From: Lytechinus pictus
Lineage: Eukaryota
NCBI RefSeq assembly: GCF_037042905.1
Contig: NC_087248.1
Location: 5,704,001-5,768,000 of the forward strand
Direction: 5' to 3'
Length of the DNA: 64,000 nucleotides
Each line of letters starts with the position of its first letter. The first letter of the stretch is position 1. Below are positions 1 to 13,396 of the stretch, piece by piece. Under the pieces are notes generated by a model. That model had not been told where the DNA came from. It ran no database searches and saw nothing but the letters and a program-made list of their open reading frames with translations. The translations under genes and the position numbers were made by a program.

Positions 1-42
1 GAAACTAATGTAGTTTTGTCCATTTTACCTCTTATCTTACAG

Positions 43-3000
43 CATAGATGAGCCAATGATTAAACTACCTCTATCAGTTGATCCATCATTAAAAGCAGCT
101 CTTGAAAGAATGTCATTAAATTCCCAAACACAGCAAGGTGAGTATTCTGCATCATATTAATATCTGAACTATGTATGAAGTCTGATGATAATTCAGGGAA
201 GAATTTCCCTGGTATTGTATTCCACTTTGCTCCACAAAAAGTATTTCGTGTAGCATATATTTTGCATAGCACTATTAAGAACGTAGCTGAGAGCTTTTCT
301 CTTTTAACCAAAAAATCTCATCAAATTTGGTTGGCAATGTGATTCCCTGATAAATTATATTTTATCCGTGTGGTAATAGATAAAAATGTAGAGTATACAA
401 CTTTCAATTTAAACCTGGAAAGTAAATGGTGGTAGAAATGGAAATGATGCATCTTATAAAGTAGAGTGCTCAAACTGCTATTTGTCATCACACTGGCTGC
501 AGCCCAACTACCATCCTGGCACACAAGCGTTTCAAATGACTATTAGTTTAGAGAACTTGAGGTGTTGGAGATGATAAATAAAAATGTACAGATCAGCTTT
601 CAATAAAACCTGGAAAGTAAATGATGGTAGAAATGAAAATAATGCATCTTATAAAGCAGAGTGCTCAAACTGCTATTTGTCATTATCACACAAGCGGTTC
701 AAATGACTGTTAGTTTAGAGAACTAGAGGTGTTGGAGATGAGAAAATGTAATTGATGACTGAATTGAGCTGATGAGAGTGGTGAAGAAGTTTAACATAAT
801 TAGTAAGGAGTATGAGATTTATGTTGGCTCCCTTTTTCCAGCTGTTTATTATAATCAAGTAGGAGAAAACTTGTCCTGGTTTTATTTTGATCAATGTATT
901 TGATAACAGCTGGATTTATATAGAGCTTTTTCCAGAGGATATAAAGCGCAACTTTTATTATAATGGGTTTAGCTTGAGCTGCCACTTAATTCTTGTGAGT
1001 AGTGCATTAATAATTAAAGAATTATTCCCTCAAGGTAGCAAATGACCTCACCTGTGTCAAGTGAAGCAATATAGAGTTATCTCTTGCTGAAGGAAATCAG
1101 TAAGGAGATTCAGTTGTTCCAATTACCCAATTTTTGAAATGCTTCTCTTCTTTAGATTTGAACACACAGGCCACTTCCTCTTTTATCTTTGATATTTAAT
1201 GTGCAATATGAAATGCTGCCTTTTTATTGTGAATTCAACTGGTTCCCTTATGAGTTTTTACTTGAATATAAATTTGTAACAATGTTGCTCCATGTTTTCC
1301 TTTCAGACACCACTCAGGATGATGGAGAAATCAAGAAGGGAACAGTATGCAAGAACAAGGGCTGTCAGATGGTAAGTGATCACATCAATGCCCCTCCTAA
1401 AGTAAATTGAGAAAAGGTGATAATTACATGTAGAATAAACAAAATTAGAGAATATATGATTTATAAAAATAGATCGATGAAGCAGTATAGAACATAGAAA
1501 TGGGAAGGACTGATTAGATGAATGCAAGAATGAAATGAGTTACTAGTAGTTAATGAATGAATCATTTAGTGGTTAAATGAATGAATAACAAGATGAATGT
1601 AATTTGAATGAAAAATGAAAGATGTCAAAATTATACGTTCCACAGAATTGCTGAATGTTCACTTGTACTTAAAATCATTTAAACAAGAATTTTCATTACA
1701 GTTTCATGTAATTTTAACATTTGTTTTCTGTCTGACTTCCATTTTTCTCTGTTTTCACTTCACATCATGAACTACATGTATTTGAGACACAATGATTTGA
1801 GAACATTAAACTTTTTCATATGGTGCTCAAAATGGAGATGAATAATTTCAGGGAGGTCACTTATATTGGGGTCAGATCATCAGTATTTCTTCCAAATTGG
1901 CAATTACTGAGCTTAGTTAAAATCACACTGGAATTAATTCCTTGGGGTAATATACCACCACAAAAGGTAGATTGCAAAGTTATAATTACATCAATTATTA
2001 ATTCTGCCACATTCCTATTTTAATCCTAGCCTTATGAAGGTGAGATCAGTCTATCAGATCGATGCAGGTATCACCCTGGAGCAGCTATATTCCATGAAGG
2101 GTAAGAAACAAAGTTTCTATTTCAAGGAATTAACTCTGAATAATTGCCTTTTCCTTTTGGAAAATTGCATTTTCTATTTGGGAAATCATGAAATCTGTTT
2201 AAATATATGGAAAAATGGTTATTCTGTTATCCCAGAGAGATTGTACCCACAAAGAAACATTCTTGTTTTATTGTACCATGACCTTGAAAAGAATAGAAAA
2301 GTTGAAGGTACTCTTTTTGAAGAGCGGGCTGAATCAGAGACAACTTATTTCTGTAAAATAATCTTTAAAAATATTGATTAAAAAAATTATAATTGGAGAT
2401 ATATCTGGAAATAATGTAGGTTATAAAGTGAATAAAGAATGTCAATCCTAATTCAATTACACCAGTATGAATGTATTGCAGATTAAAGTCATACTTTATT
2501 CCTCTTCATTTCCATATTTTTTCATGCCTTACTTTTCATTCCTCTTGTGCCCTTCCTATTTTCCTCCCCATCTGTCCATATTCTCTCTTCCTTTCATACA
2601 CAGAATGAAGTACTGGTCGTGTTGTAATAGGAAGACTTCAGACTTCAACAACTTTTTAAATCAGGAAGGATGTACTATAGGCTGCCATGTTTTTAAGAGT
2701 TCAGAGAGTGAGGAGAAGAAGCTGGTTGCATGCAGGTAAGAAGATCGGGGGGGGGGGGGGTTCACAAAAGAGTTATGTTTGACTTAGAGTCATGCTTTAA
2801 TGATGATACGCACATTATATTATTAAACCCGCAATCTGATTAATCAACACACAGTATCACATGTCCTCTTAGCATTGTTTGACAAAGTCAGTGATGCCTT
2901 TTATACACTATGCAACTAGATATAGTAGTTCGACTATAAATCACACTTTACTCTTTGTGAATCACCTTCAGATGATTTATACTGTGGCTTATAAGTTTTT

Positions 3001-6000
3001 GTGCAATGCCTACTTAGCTTGTTGTATGCGAGCAAATGGGTGACTGAATGTCAAACATTTGCACCGTTGCACACACGACGTACCATCCAAAATGTACATG
3101 TACCGTGCTCAGTAAAAAATGATGGTGATATGCGTATAGCCTGCTGGCTATACGCTCAATATGCTCAATGCTGCCCGAGGTCATGTGTGCTTGTGAGATT
3201 TTGCTTTTTGCTTTTAATATTTTTGCTCCGTTTTCATAGATTACTGCAGGGAAAAACTCTTTGTCTTTTCACATTTTCGCTAAACTCTGAGGCGTTGTAC
3301 AACACAAATAGTGAATATATTTATTCGTGCAATGGTGCGAGATTTCGCATTTGATGAAAGAGAGAGATACTCTATTCAATTCGGCTAATGCCTCGTTGAA
3401 AAGAGCATCTTTCTTTCACCTCATGCGAAATCTCGCACCATCGCACTCATGCCTATTCGCTATTTGTATACTGTTTTCAGTCGGTTAAGAATCATTTCAA
3501 TTTTTAATTGTATAATACATGCAGATATTCAGATATTCAGATATTCAAAATTTATTGTCATGCTCAAAATAAAAATTACATTGGCACAAAAATCATATTC
3601 CGGCTGTTGGTATACAAAGAACAATATATAACATATAATAAATAATTACAAAAATAATGGCATTAAATAATATACAAAGCAAAAATTACACAAAGACCTA
3701 ATACTAACCCAGAACAATATGATACCCTGCAAGGGCAGCTGCACTGAAAACTTTACCTGGTGCCGAGGGGGGAAATGCCTTGAGCACGGTGCCAGTCCAA
3801 CACATCCATGGGCCCCGGTTCGACATTGAAACAATCACAACACATCACACTACAAAAACACAAAAAACCCATCCACACCACACCATGCCGATAAACACAC
3901 CCCCAAAACTCCACACCAAAAACACACCACACCACAGAAACATCTCACACCACAACACAACACACCATACCAACCCACACTACACACTACAAGTCATCGA
4001 TAACAATGATGTCGAAACGGCACCCATCCAGTGCTGGAAACCACCACCACGCCCGGCGGTCCCCCCTCAGGACCAAGCAGCATTGCCTCAGCACAGCCGC
4101 CCCCGCAACGTATAAAAGTAATATAGCATGACAATTAAGTACAATACAAGAAATCAATTGGATTAAAATACATGTTGGAGTAAGTACTTGGCGGTATTTC
4201 GGTTTCAGTTTGAAGGGTATTGCCCACTAACAAAACAATATTGCACATGATATAAATTTAAGGGGGGGGGCTCATCGTTTAAACTCTGCATTGTACAGAA
4301 CCATTGCATTTGTGAGGAAAGAACATCTAAACCTACTAGTCCTTATTCTTGGTAACCGGATCCGCCCAGACCTATTAAAAACTACAAAGTCATGGAGGGG
4401 ATGGGTATCGTCTCTGATGATACTATGTAGCTTATCCAAGACTGCTTTGTAAGCTATGTCTTCCAACTGGGGTATTGGCAAACCTATCACTTTACTGGCA
4501 TTTTTTATTGCCTTGCTCAGCCTATCCTTATTCTGGGAAAAAGCCATACTTTATTTTTCATGTGTTTTATTCATATCAACAGGAAATGAAAAATTGATAA
4601 ACTTGGACCCATGTACAAAAGGGCCAATGAGGCAATAGCAATCAGATATCCATTCGACTGAAGTCCTTTTGCAAAATGCATATCATGTCATCTCTCAGAA
4701 AAATATGAAATAAGTTGTGATCATTGAAGCATTGCATGCTACACTTCAGTGAACACAGCAAGTTCTGAATGTATGCATTATCACATATGATTTAGAATGA
4801 TTCATAATCATTCATGCGTTATTGATCACAATTTGCAAAGCTACATTTTTCTCTTTCATATGATATATACATGTAATTCAGTATGTTTTAATGATAAATA
4901 ATAAGACCAACATGCTTATATAGTGCATATCACTGCCAAATGCGTCCCTTTGCGCTTTTATTATTACCCTGACTTTAGCCCCGCAGACTTTTACAGCGCA
5001 GTGGCATTTCAAGGAATAAATTCCTGCCAGGTATCCATTTACCTCACCTGGGTCCAGTGCAGCACAATGTGGATAAATTTCTTGCCGAAGGAAATTATGC
5101 CATGGCTGGGATTCAAACACATGACCCTCTGTTTCCAAGTCTGAAGATTAATCCACTTGGCCACAACGCTCCACAAATGATAGTTTTATGATAGCTATGT
5201 TAGAAATCTTAGGTTTCAGCTCAGTGCATCTTCTCATTTTGCATTGTTATATGAAGTGTGTAAATAATTAATTTTGACAAGTCTATATATTAGAATGGAA
5301 ATGATCTGATAAGATTTTAGGATCAGTTGGCAAAAGGTCAGAGGTTACAAGGATAAATGTATGCACAGTGATTGTGTTTTCTTTATCAATCTGTGAAACA
5401 TTTGTCAAATCACTTTTGGACATTTTGTGTTTCTACAAAGTGGAATAAAATTGATCTGATTAGAATTTGGGTCATAATATCGTAACATAAGGATGAAAGG
5501 TTTAGGCATACTGAGATTATTGTATATACAGAACGTAATTGTTTATTCAAAGTCTATTTCAAACTTTGGTCATTTATTAAAAACTGAGTAAAACATGTAA
5601 AATTGGGGAAAGGTCAAAGAATTCCATTTTACTTTTAACCAAATAATTTATTGTTCTTGCGGTAGCTTGAAACTTTGTTAATGACTTAATATGTATGTTT
5701 TTTAATTCCATCTAGTGGTTAACTGATTTATAATGTTTATTCTTTTGTAGGCATGACTGGCATCAAACGGGTAAAATGGCTGTCCTATCTGTGTATTCTA
5801 AGAAGTCTGATCCAAGTGCTACGGTTGTACAAGCTAACCAAGTCTCCTTAGATATACATATATCATTTGACCAAGGCAAGAGTGCATTTAGGAAAACCAT
5901 CAAACTAGAAGGGGTGAGTATGAACTCTCTTGGCCCAAGTCGGTCATGCTAGGAGGCTGTCTTATGCAATCATATTTTGTTAAATGTTTTAACCATCACC

Positions 6001-8048
6001 GGGTTTAAATGAAACAGATGTCAGCAGAACATTTACCTGGTGATGAAAAGAAATCTACCTGAGAGTAAAACTTCTGGTATTGTTTTAAGTTTAAATTTCT
6101 CCACTATAGTAAACCTCAAATTCAATCCTTACAAGTGTGTGTGTATTTGAGTTTTGTCAGACGTGTATCAATCAGATATGATTATTTACGTCTGGGACCG
6201 ACCTTAAACGTCACCATCCGAAAGACGTGACCAGGGCTCGAACCTCTGCATCAATTTGTAACTTCCCCGCATAGCTTGGATTACAGGCGCATGCCACAAC
6301 GCCCAGTCAAACCAGTGCTAGCGACCACCTCTCTTTGGCAGCAACTTGCCTATTACCACTGAAACTGATTTCACTATTGTAGAGTTTGTGTATTAGCACA
6401 TGTCTATAGCAGTCACCTGTCTATAAAGGTCTTATTTTGTGTTTCCCTTGGATGGTCACTATAAGACAGGTTTCGAGTGTATAAATTAATGGAAGTAGCC
6501 ATTTCATTGACTTATTTGCTGTATGTGAGTACAAGCACCAGGCCGAAATAAATCAATTTCTTTAAATTTTGGGCGGCTACCTTTCACATCTTACGGCCTA
6601 AATGTGCAACAGTGGATAGGCTTTTTCATTGCAATGAGGAGTGAGCCCCTGTGGAATTTTTTTCCTTGGCAAGCACTCTTTCTGAAAGTTGATAGTGATT
6701 TGAATTGCATGTCAAGATAGCTTTCCATATAACCTGTGAAAATTATTGTAAACACTGCATCAGTTTGATCTGATTGGACAAATTCGAAGCAAGTTGTAGG
6801 TATAGTTGTGAAGAGCAAGATAGTGCTGTTGAGATACATGATTCATTCACAAGTGTTTCTGTATATATGTAATTTTTGTTAGATTAAGCATTTTGGATGA
6901 TAACAAACTGGAATCAGTTACGTAAATCAAAGATTTGGAATTACTGAAGGGATGAAAGATATAGGAAAGTTTTCGTTAATAAAGAATGTTGTTTTTATCT
7001 GATGAAATCTGTAGGTTTTAGATGATGAAATTGTGTATGCATTTTGAAGCGAACTTGATACAATTAAACAACAAAATATCTCAATTGAACAAAATCCTAT
7101 TTCACTTGTTGCAATGGAATTCACATTTGATCTCATTTGATTTCATGTTTGAAATCTATTCTTAGCTTCAATTTTGAGTTTGTTTAATATTTCTCTTCAT
7201 TGTCTGAGGCAATGAAGTGGTATATTTTAGTCGATCACCTATTTCGGCTGTTGTAATGGAATTTACATGATTTAATCCCATTTGATTTCAAGTTTGAAAT
7301 ATATGATCAGCCTCAATATTGAGTTAGTTTGTCTTTAGAGTGGAGGGAGGGGTGAGGGTGATGTCTGTGAGTGCAGGGTGAATCCCGTAGTCGGGGACCA
7401 AACTGGTTTTAAAACCTGGATGACTGACTGTCTTAAGGCGACCGCACACCTTACGATTGGTCTGCAACCCGATTTCAGAATAAAATGTAATAGAATTTGA
7501 TGCTAATATTGAGACTTGGAACATCTTACTGTGTAATGTTCTAAATCATCGTACGAATACCTATGTTCAAATCTGTGACTATGCTATCATCCTTCTTAGA
7601 ATAAAAGCGAATTTAATATCTAGTCGTAATGACGTCACAGCAGTCGTACAATTGGCTACGATTTGAAACTAATTTGGCCTTTACTCCAAAATAAAAGCTT
7701 GCAAATCTTTCAAAATGGTTATATTAGTTTTCTTTTAATAAATTTTAACCTCAAATAAAATGATATGTTCCGTTCACATTTTCAGAAAATGAGCAAAATG
7801 CGATTTGTTCCAAAATCGGATTGCGAACAGTCGTAAGGTGTGCGGTGGCCTTTAAGTGTCTGAAGCAATTAAATGTATGAGAATTGTGATGGAGTGGAAT
7901 GATGGAATGTCTTATTATTTTCTCCTCTGCTGGTATGTTGCAGGTGATTGATCCAAACCGTAGCGTTGTTAACATGCTCGGAAGCAAGGTGGAGATTAAA
8001 CTACACAAAGCAGAGGCAATGGCATGGAAGAAGTTTGAACTGGAATAA
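43..8048 (+). CDS. CHORDC1: Cysteine and histidine-rich domain-containing protein 1 (Morgana/CHP-1), 3' part. Exons 43-137, 1307-1371, 2030-2100, 2604-2735, 5751-5913, 7944-8048 (stop); 5' exons lie upstream of the window
   Basis: All junctions are AG/GT and phase-compatible. The spliced product reads [23 protein letters not shown]...[19 protein letters not shown]...[36 protein letters not shown] (CHORD2), then CRHDWHQTG...[34 protein letters not shown] (CS/p23 domain), collinear with human CHORDC1. Confidence 0.95.
383..740. repeat. Tandem duplication (about 195 bp period) in a CHORDC1 intron
   Basis: aaacctggaaagtaaatg...gtgctcaaactgctatttgtcat...gaggtgttggagatga occurs twice, at about 411-575 and 606-740. 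Confidence 0.75.
3298..3470. mobile_element. Short palindromic MITE-like element
   Basis: Inverted arms atggtgcgagatttcgcat / atgcgaaatctcgcaccat and caaatag / ctatttg. Confidence 0.6.
3540..4550 (-). mobile_element. 5'-truncated non-LTR retrotransposon (L2/Rex1/Crack-like ORF2 C-terminus plus probable 3' UTR)
   Basis: ORF 4272-4547 has [13 protein letters not shown]...[18 protein letters not shown], the typical post-RT C-terminal motif of these clades. The 3' UTR boundary is approximate. Confidence 0.65.
4890..5174 (-). mobile_element. tRNA-derived SINE (family 1)
   Basis: Minus strand starts gtggagcgttgtggccaagtggattaa (A-box), then tgtttgaatcccagcc (B-box-like) and an (ATT)-rich tail. 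Related copies at 48283-48540 and 62680-62980. Confidence 0.8.
6135..6308 (-). mobile_element. SINE-like element with a 7SL (SRP Alu-domain)-like head, B-box, DeuSINE-like core motif and (CA)n tail
   Basis: Minus strand reads GACTGGGCGTTGTGGCATGCGCCTGTAATCCAAGCTATGCGGGGA...GGTTCGAGCCC...GTCTTTCGGATGGTGACGTTTAAGGTCGGTCC...TACACACACAC. Confidence 0.65.
7433..7855. mobile_element. Non-autonomous DNA transposon with TTAA flanks (Kolobok-like)
   Basis: TIRs ttaaggcgaccgcacaccttacga / tcgtaaggtgtgcggtggcctttaa. Confidence 0.7.
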
Positions 8049-8360
8049 TGAGAACTGCTGCTATAGAAATAATGAGTGAATCAAAAGGGGTCATTCTCAT
8101 TAAAAGGAAGATTTCATCGCATTAAGGGACTGGTGCTTGAAACTGATCCTGTAGAAACGCAAGATAACCTGTTATTTTCATAGACTTTGTACACAATGAC
8201 AAGTTGGTGACAGGTAAATTATAGATCACATATTTCTAAGGATTTCACAAGCATTTAGAGAGTTTTTTGATGGGGGGGGGGGCATTTGTTTCTGTTTGTG
8301 AATTCTTAGTTAACCAAAGAGATTGCCTTTTGTGTATGGTAACATACACATGTATGTTAA

Positions 8361-8597
8361 GGCCCTGTCACATCGTTCAGTGCAAGACTTGCGGGTGACT
8401 TCTTTTGCAACCTGTAGGTCCCTCGCAGGTCACCCGAATCGATGATATCTCGCACGCATCTCTGATGCAGTTGCCTGTAGAAGCACACGCAAGTCTGATT
8501 TGCATGCAGAAAAGTTTTGAACATACTCAAAACTTTGTTGCGGGTGATTGCCCGTAACTCACCCGCAAGGCTTGCACGGAACGATGTGACATGGTCT
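8361..8597. mobile_element. MITE (PIF/Harbinger-like) in the probable CHORDC1 3' UTR
   Basis: TIRs ggccctgtcacatcgttcagtgcaag / cttgcacggaacgatgtgacatggtc with TAA/TTA flanks. Confidence 0.65.
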
Positions 8598-10567
8598 TTA
8601 CTAAGTAAGGAATCTTAATTGAATCAAAAAAAAAATTGAACATACAGTTGCATTTTAGTACATGCATTCAAGGCCAAAATAATGAGCAATGTGCAAGAGC
8701 ACATGGATATACTGCATGGAAGTCTACAGGATAGAGAGCAGTATACCCAGGTGGTGATTCAAATAGCGAGTTCATTATTTTTGCCTTGGTATTTTAGCTC
8801 CTTATTGCACAAGCAAACACATGTATTCTTTGTTTTATACAACTCCTCCACTGGACTACTTCCCCAATCCTGAGGTGTCCCAATATATTGTGGCTTTCCA
8901 CAACAATGTCACATCTCCTCCAATGCACTTAATATGTAGTCAAGAAGACCTCATGGTTGGAAACCAAAAGGCTGTGCAATGTACTAAGTTCTGATAATCA
9001 ATCTGTGCTTCTAAGCCAATATGAAAGAAGCATAGTTGTCAGATCTGGCGAAATGTCAGTCCACAAATGATAATGAAACTTGCCGCTGATTTCAAGCTAT
9101 TATTCTTGGAAGGTGTGTAAAAAAAGTATACCATGCTTTCAGAAAAGTATAGAGTGCTTTGAAACTGCATGCTCTTACACATGTAATTGGGTATCAAATC
9201 AATATTTTGACCACCTGTATCCATGTTGTTTGGGTGTATGCTTACACACATATATATTTATGAAGTTCTCCTTATGTTTTGCATTCTTACAATTAAAACA
9301 TGGGGTTTTTGAATTATTTTCTTAGCAATAATAGATCAATTAAAAGCTTTTTTGTCACAATATTTGCTTTAATGGAATGATTTAGAAAAAGTCGAAGGAC
9401 AGACCAGGGGCACCACACCATACTGTGAATTTAGGTAATGTTTTGTTTTACCGATTAACTCTTTACACGGAATAAACATGTGTATTGATATTAATTTCAG
9501 ACATAGCATGGTGTAATCCAGCTCTCACTTATTTGGTCACACACTAAGGATAGTAGCCTGAAAAAAAAAAAAACATTTTCAGGAATATATTGATTAAGAG
9601 GACATTTAAAATGGCCATTTCTTGGAATCAAACATTCTGTTTAGTTTTTGACAGTGCATTGAATTAATGTTTGGTGACATTATGACATACATCAAATTCT
9701 GATATTTTGCATAGATCTATGACAACTTAATTTCAATTTAACAGGTTATGCACACAGTATAGAAATATAATCACAGTTTTTAAATATAAGGTACGTTTTA
9801 TTTCGTATGAACTTTACATCTTGATAGTATGCGACACATTGACCTAGAAGCTTAACAAATTATACACTTGTTGCAAAGTTCAGGAACATAATTTTCTAAG
9901 TTTTCATTTTCAATTTTCATTAAATTCTTTTGCCTTTTCATCCCGATTGTGATTGACAAACATGTTCAATTTTATGCACTAACTTATTTATTATATACAG
10001 TAGTAAAGAAAAAAAGGAAACAATTCTTATTTATGAAAGATGTGTTTTTGATAAATGACTAGAAGATATAAGGAATGATTGTTGCAATATACGTGGATAT
10101 ATGGTAAACTTCTAAGAAAATGTTGAGCATTATACCAAAATAATGTTTATTGGAGGAAATAAATGTGCTCTATTTTAAGCCATTTCTAATGTGCAGTTTT
10201 TGTTCAGAGCTATTTAATATTCATTAATTTGACACTAGCATTAATTTGTTATGGTAATTTGAAGACAGTCCATTGTGAAATCTTTCATTCTCTTGGCAAC
10301 CTACTGGCCCTCTTAAATTAGATGAAAGCTTGATCTTGATATCTAGTTAAAAAAGTCCCTATACATCAGGAATTTGAAAAACCCATTTACATATTCGGAA
10401 CATAAGAAACAAAGAATAAACAGTGTTTTTCATGTAGAAGTAATGGTGAAGAAGTGTAAAGATAAGATAACCATGAGACTGCTTAGCCATAGTGGAACAG
10501 TAGGAGAATGTTAAAAAAAGAAAGGACTGTGTGGAGCATTAAAGAAATAAAAAGGGAGGAGAAATAT

Positions 10568-12020
10568 CATAGGCGGATCCAGGGGGGGCCCGAGGGGCCC
10601 GGGCCCCCCCCCTTTTTGGCGGAGCAAAAAAAAAGAAAAAGGGGAAAGAAAGAAAAAAAAAAGAAAAAGAAGGGAAAAGATAGGAGAAAAAGGGAAACAT
10701 AAGAGGAGGAAGACGAGTGAATAAAATAAGATGAGGGGAGGACTTGGAAAATAATTTAAACAAATCTTTCATGTTGGGATATAAAATTTCGGCTCGTGAT
10801 TTCCGCTCGCATTGATTGTTGAAAGATATTTCATCATGCATCTTTTAATCATAATTACAAGTGCTTTAAACGTCCAGTTTTCAGGCCATAATATCAACAG
10901 ATTTCGCGCTTTCATGCTTAGGAAGAGAAATAGGACGATGGTCATCATTTTCATATGACCTAATGTCCCTATAGAATGTCCCGGTCCTATATAAAAACTC
11001 AAAGTAATATTAATGAAACATAGCTCTTTTTTAACTGTTCCTTATCCACCTCACAATTTTCCCACAAAGTGCTTGAAGTACAGAGCTTAAATTGTCCCTT
11101 TTTAGATGGGAATATCATATATTTTTAGCTCGCACTTTGCACTCGCTTTATTGATTTTCATGATAAGAAAGGTATTTAGAATACATACTAGGTCGAAATC
11201 TGAAACACGCATTTATTCAGATCCGCAGATTGTTCTCTATTTAAATCATTATCCAGTTTCAGACCACAATATAAAAAATTGTCTGCTCGCGCTTTGCGCT
11301 CGCATTATTAATGTAGGGAAATTTCCAATTACTCATCCTTTTCATGATTTACAAAACATGAATAGAGTGTCCAGATTTTTTTCGCTCGCTCTTCGCGCTC
11401 GCATCAATTGTTTAGTTATATACTTATCCTTTTCACGATTACAAACAGTGCTTAGAATTTCCATTCTTCAGGTAGAAATGTCAACATTTTCAGCTCGCAT
11501 TATTTGATAGATAAAATATGTAACGTCTTCATGGCTATAAAGCAGCCTTAACATATTTTTTTTAGCAGATCAAAACGTACATTAAAAATAAATAATTTTC
11601 TTTCTGCTCGCGCTTTGCGCTCGCATTATTAATGTAGGAAGATTTCCAATTACTCATCCTTTTCATGATTTACAAAATATCTAGAGTTTAAATCTCGATT
11701 TTTTCAGCTCGCGTTCCGCGCTCAATTATTTAGTTAATCTTTTCCTTTTCCATTCTTCAGGTAAAAATGTAAGAAATTTCAGCTCGCACTTCGCGCTCGC
11801 ATTATTTGATAGTTGAAATATGTAACGTCTTCATGGCTAACAAGCTGCCGTTAAATTTCTGCTCGCACTTTTAAAATAAGGCTTATGATATATTAATATA
11901 TATATATTTATTTATAAAATTAAAAAATTAACAAAAATTAAGTTCGAGCGGCCGATCGGGGAAAATGTGGCTGAAAAAATTCCGGCCCCCCCCTATTGGC
12001 CAAGGCTGGATCCGCCCCTG
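10568..12020. mobile_element. About 1.45 kb non-autonomous DNA transposon between CHORDC1 and the sulfotransferase cluster
   Basis: Ends cataggcggatccag / ctggatccgcccctg, flanked by duplicated aatat(cat). Repeated internal gctcgcgc(t)ttgcgctcgcatt motifs. Confidence 0.75.
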
Positions 12021-12092
12021 AATATCATGTATTCACCAGCAGTAAATGCATTAATGGGGAGAGAGGGTGAAGGAGTAAGAAGTCAAAAGAAG

Positions 12093-12123
<31 letters not shown>

Positions 12124-12283
12124 CTGTTTTAGTGACTGAAAGAGATTAATTTTTGTATCATGAATTCTCAAAACATCGTGGCAGTTTTTCCCTCGTATTT
12201 TTTTCGAGGCCCTCCCATCCTACTGATGCTGTTGAAGCGATGATGTGAAACCATCTTTTTAACAATCATGCACTCTTCATAGT

Positions 12284-13396
12284 TCAGATATTTGGTGTAA
12301 ATTTACATTCATACATTTCTTGATAGTATTTCAATGCTTTCTCTACAACTCTGCGTACATCTGGCGTGATTCTCTGTCCGTTATACATCTCTTCTGAATA
12401 ATCAGGCTTTTTTCTCGATGTCGCTATAAATCCCGTGCTTTGCATCGCTCTTGTGTGGAAGTCGCAAAGAAGTCCACTCTTCATAAGTTGACCCATCGAC
12501 GTATTAGCATAGTTCATCCAATCCTTGCCCGACGATGCAGGTTCCCATTTGAGAAGCGCGTCGCGGTATTCCAATCCCGTAACCTCGCAGATTTTCTTCA
12601 CGCACGCCGCAGGGTGCGAGACAAGATCGTCTGAGTCAATGACGAGTGGGTTTGGATCAATATTCGCTTGTACATGGCGCCAAAACGCGTGTTGTCTGCG
12701 AAACGCCTCTCCTCCTCCAGGATAGAACTTGTCCTCCGATAGGTCGAAAGTGGTATCGTCCACCAGGCCCTCATGCTTCTTATTGAAGGCAACCACCGCT
12801 CGACGGTAGGACATCGCAGCCAGAAGCGGATCACGTATCAGGAAGACGTATTTGTATCCGGACTCGACTGAGGGGAGATATTGGTAGAAACCATCGACGG
12901 CTAGGCCAAAGTCTTTGACGATGACGAGACGGCTGGATGCGTTGTCGAGACATTTCTTGACCTCTGGATATCTGCAAAGATACAAAAGATAAATTTCCAT
13001 CAGAAATGTAGATTTAAACCAAATCATATCAAATTCTGTTAAAATGATGGGTATAACACAACAGTAAGCTATGACTTACGACATTTGTCGTGGGTCGCTC
13101 GAAGGCTGTCGAAACTTCGACAGATTATTGACATTGAAATCAGTTCCTTGGTTTTCCATCAAAACGAGGGCCTTCTCGAATTCTTTCTCGTTGCCCTCAT
13201 ATTCAATTGGTAGCTTCATTCCCGTTCGTGTTTCATATTCGACCTGTGCATGTCTGCACGATACATACGATTCCAACCAAACTTCGTGGTCGTCATCGAC
13301 CCCGCTCAGACATTTCGTGAGCGTCGTTGAAACTGAACGTGGAACGCCAGCCAGAAACACATGAGACTGTGTAATAACATAACCTTTTTCAGCCAT
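12284..13396 (-). CDS. P-loop sulfotransferase-like protein A (334 aa). Exons 13396-13080 and 12971-12284
   Basis: 108-bp phase-2 GT-AG intron (TC|gtaagt...ttgcag|A). Motifs: 5'-PSB-like FLAGVPRSVST, VKD, 3'-PB-like FLIRDPLLAAMSY, VIDSDDLVSHP...C...GL, LLKWE. Resembles the Sulfotransfer_5 domain found in BCAT-like proteins. No signal peptide or TM anchor seen. Confidence 0.85.

Noticed and set aside
3780-4115. His/Thr-rich 111-aa ORF
   Set aside because: CA-rich low-complexity sequence within the probable LINE 3' region inside an intron.
6135-6308. Human Alu contamination or a full-length 7SL gene
   Set aside because: Similarity covers only about 45 nt. There is no Alu dimer or poly(A) and no SRP S domain, and the element sits inside a host intron.
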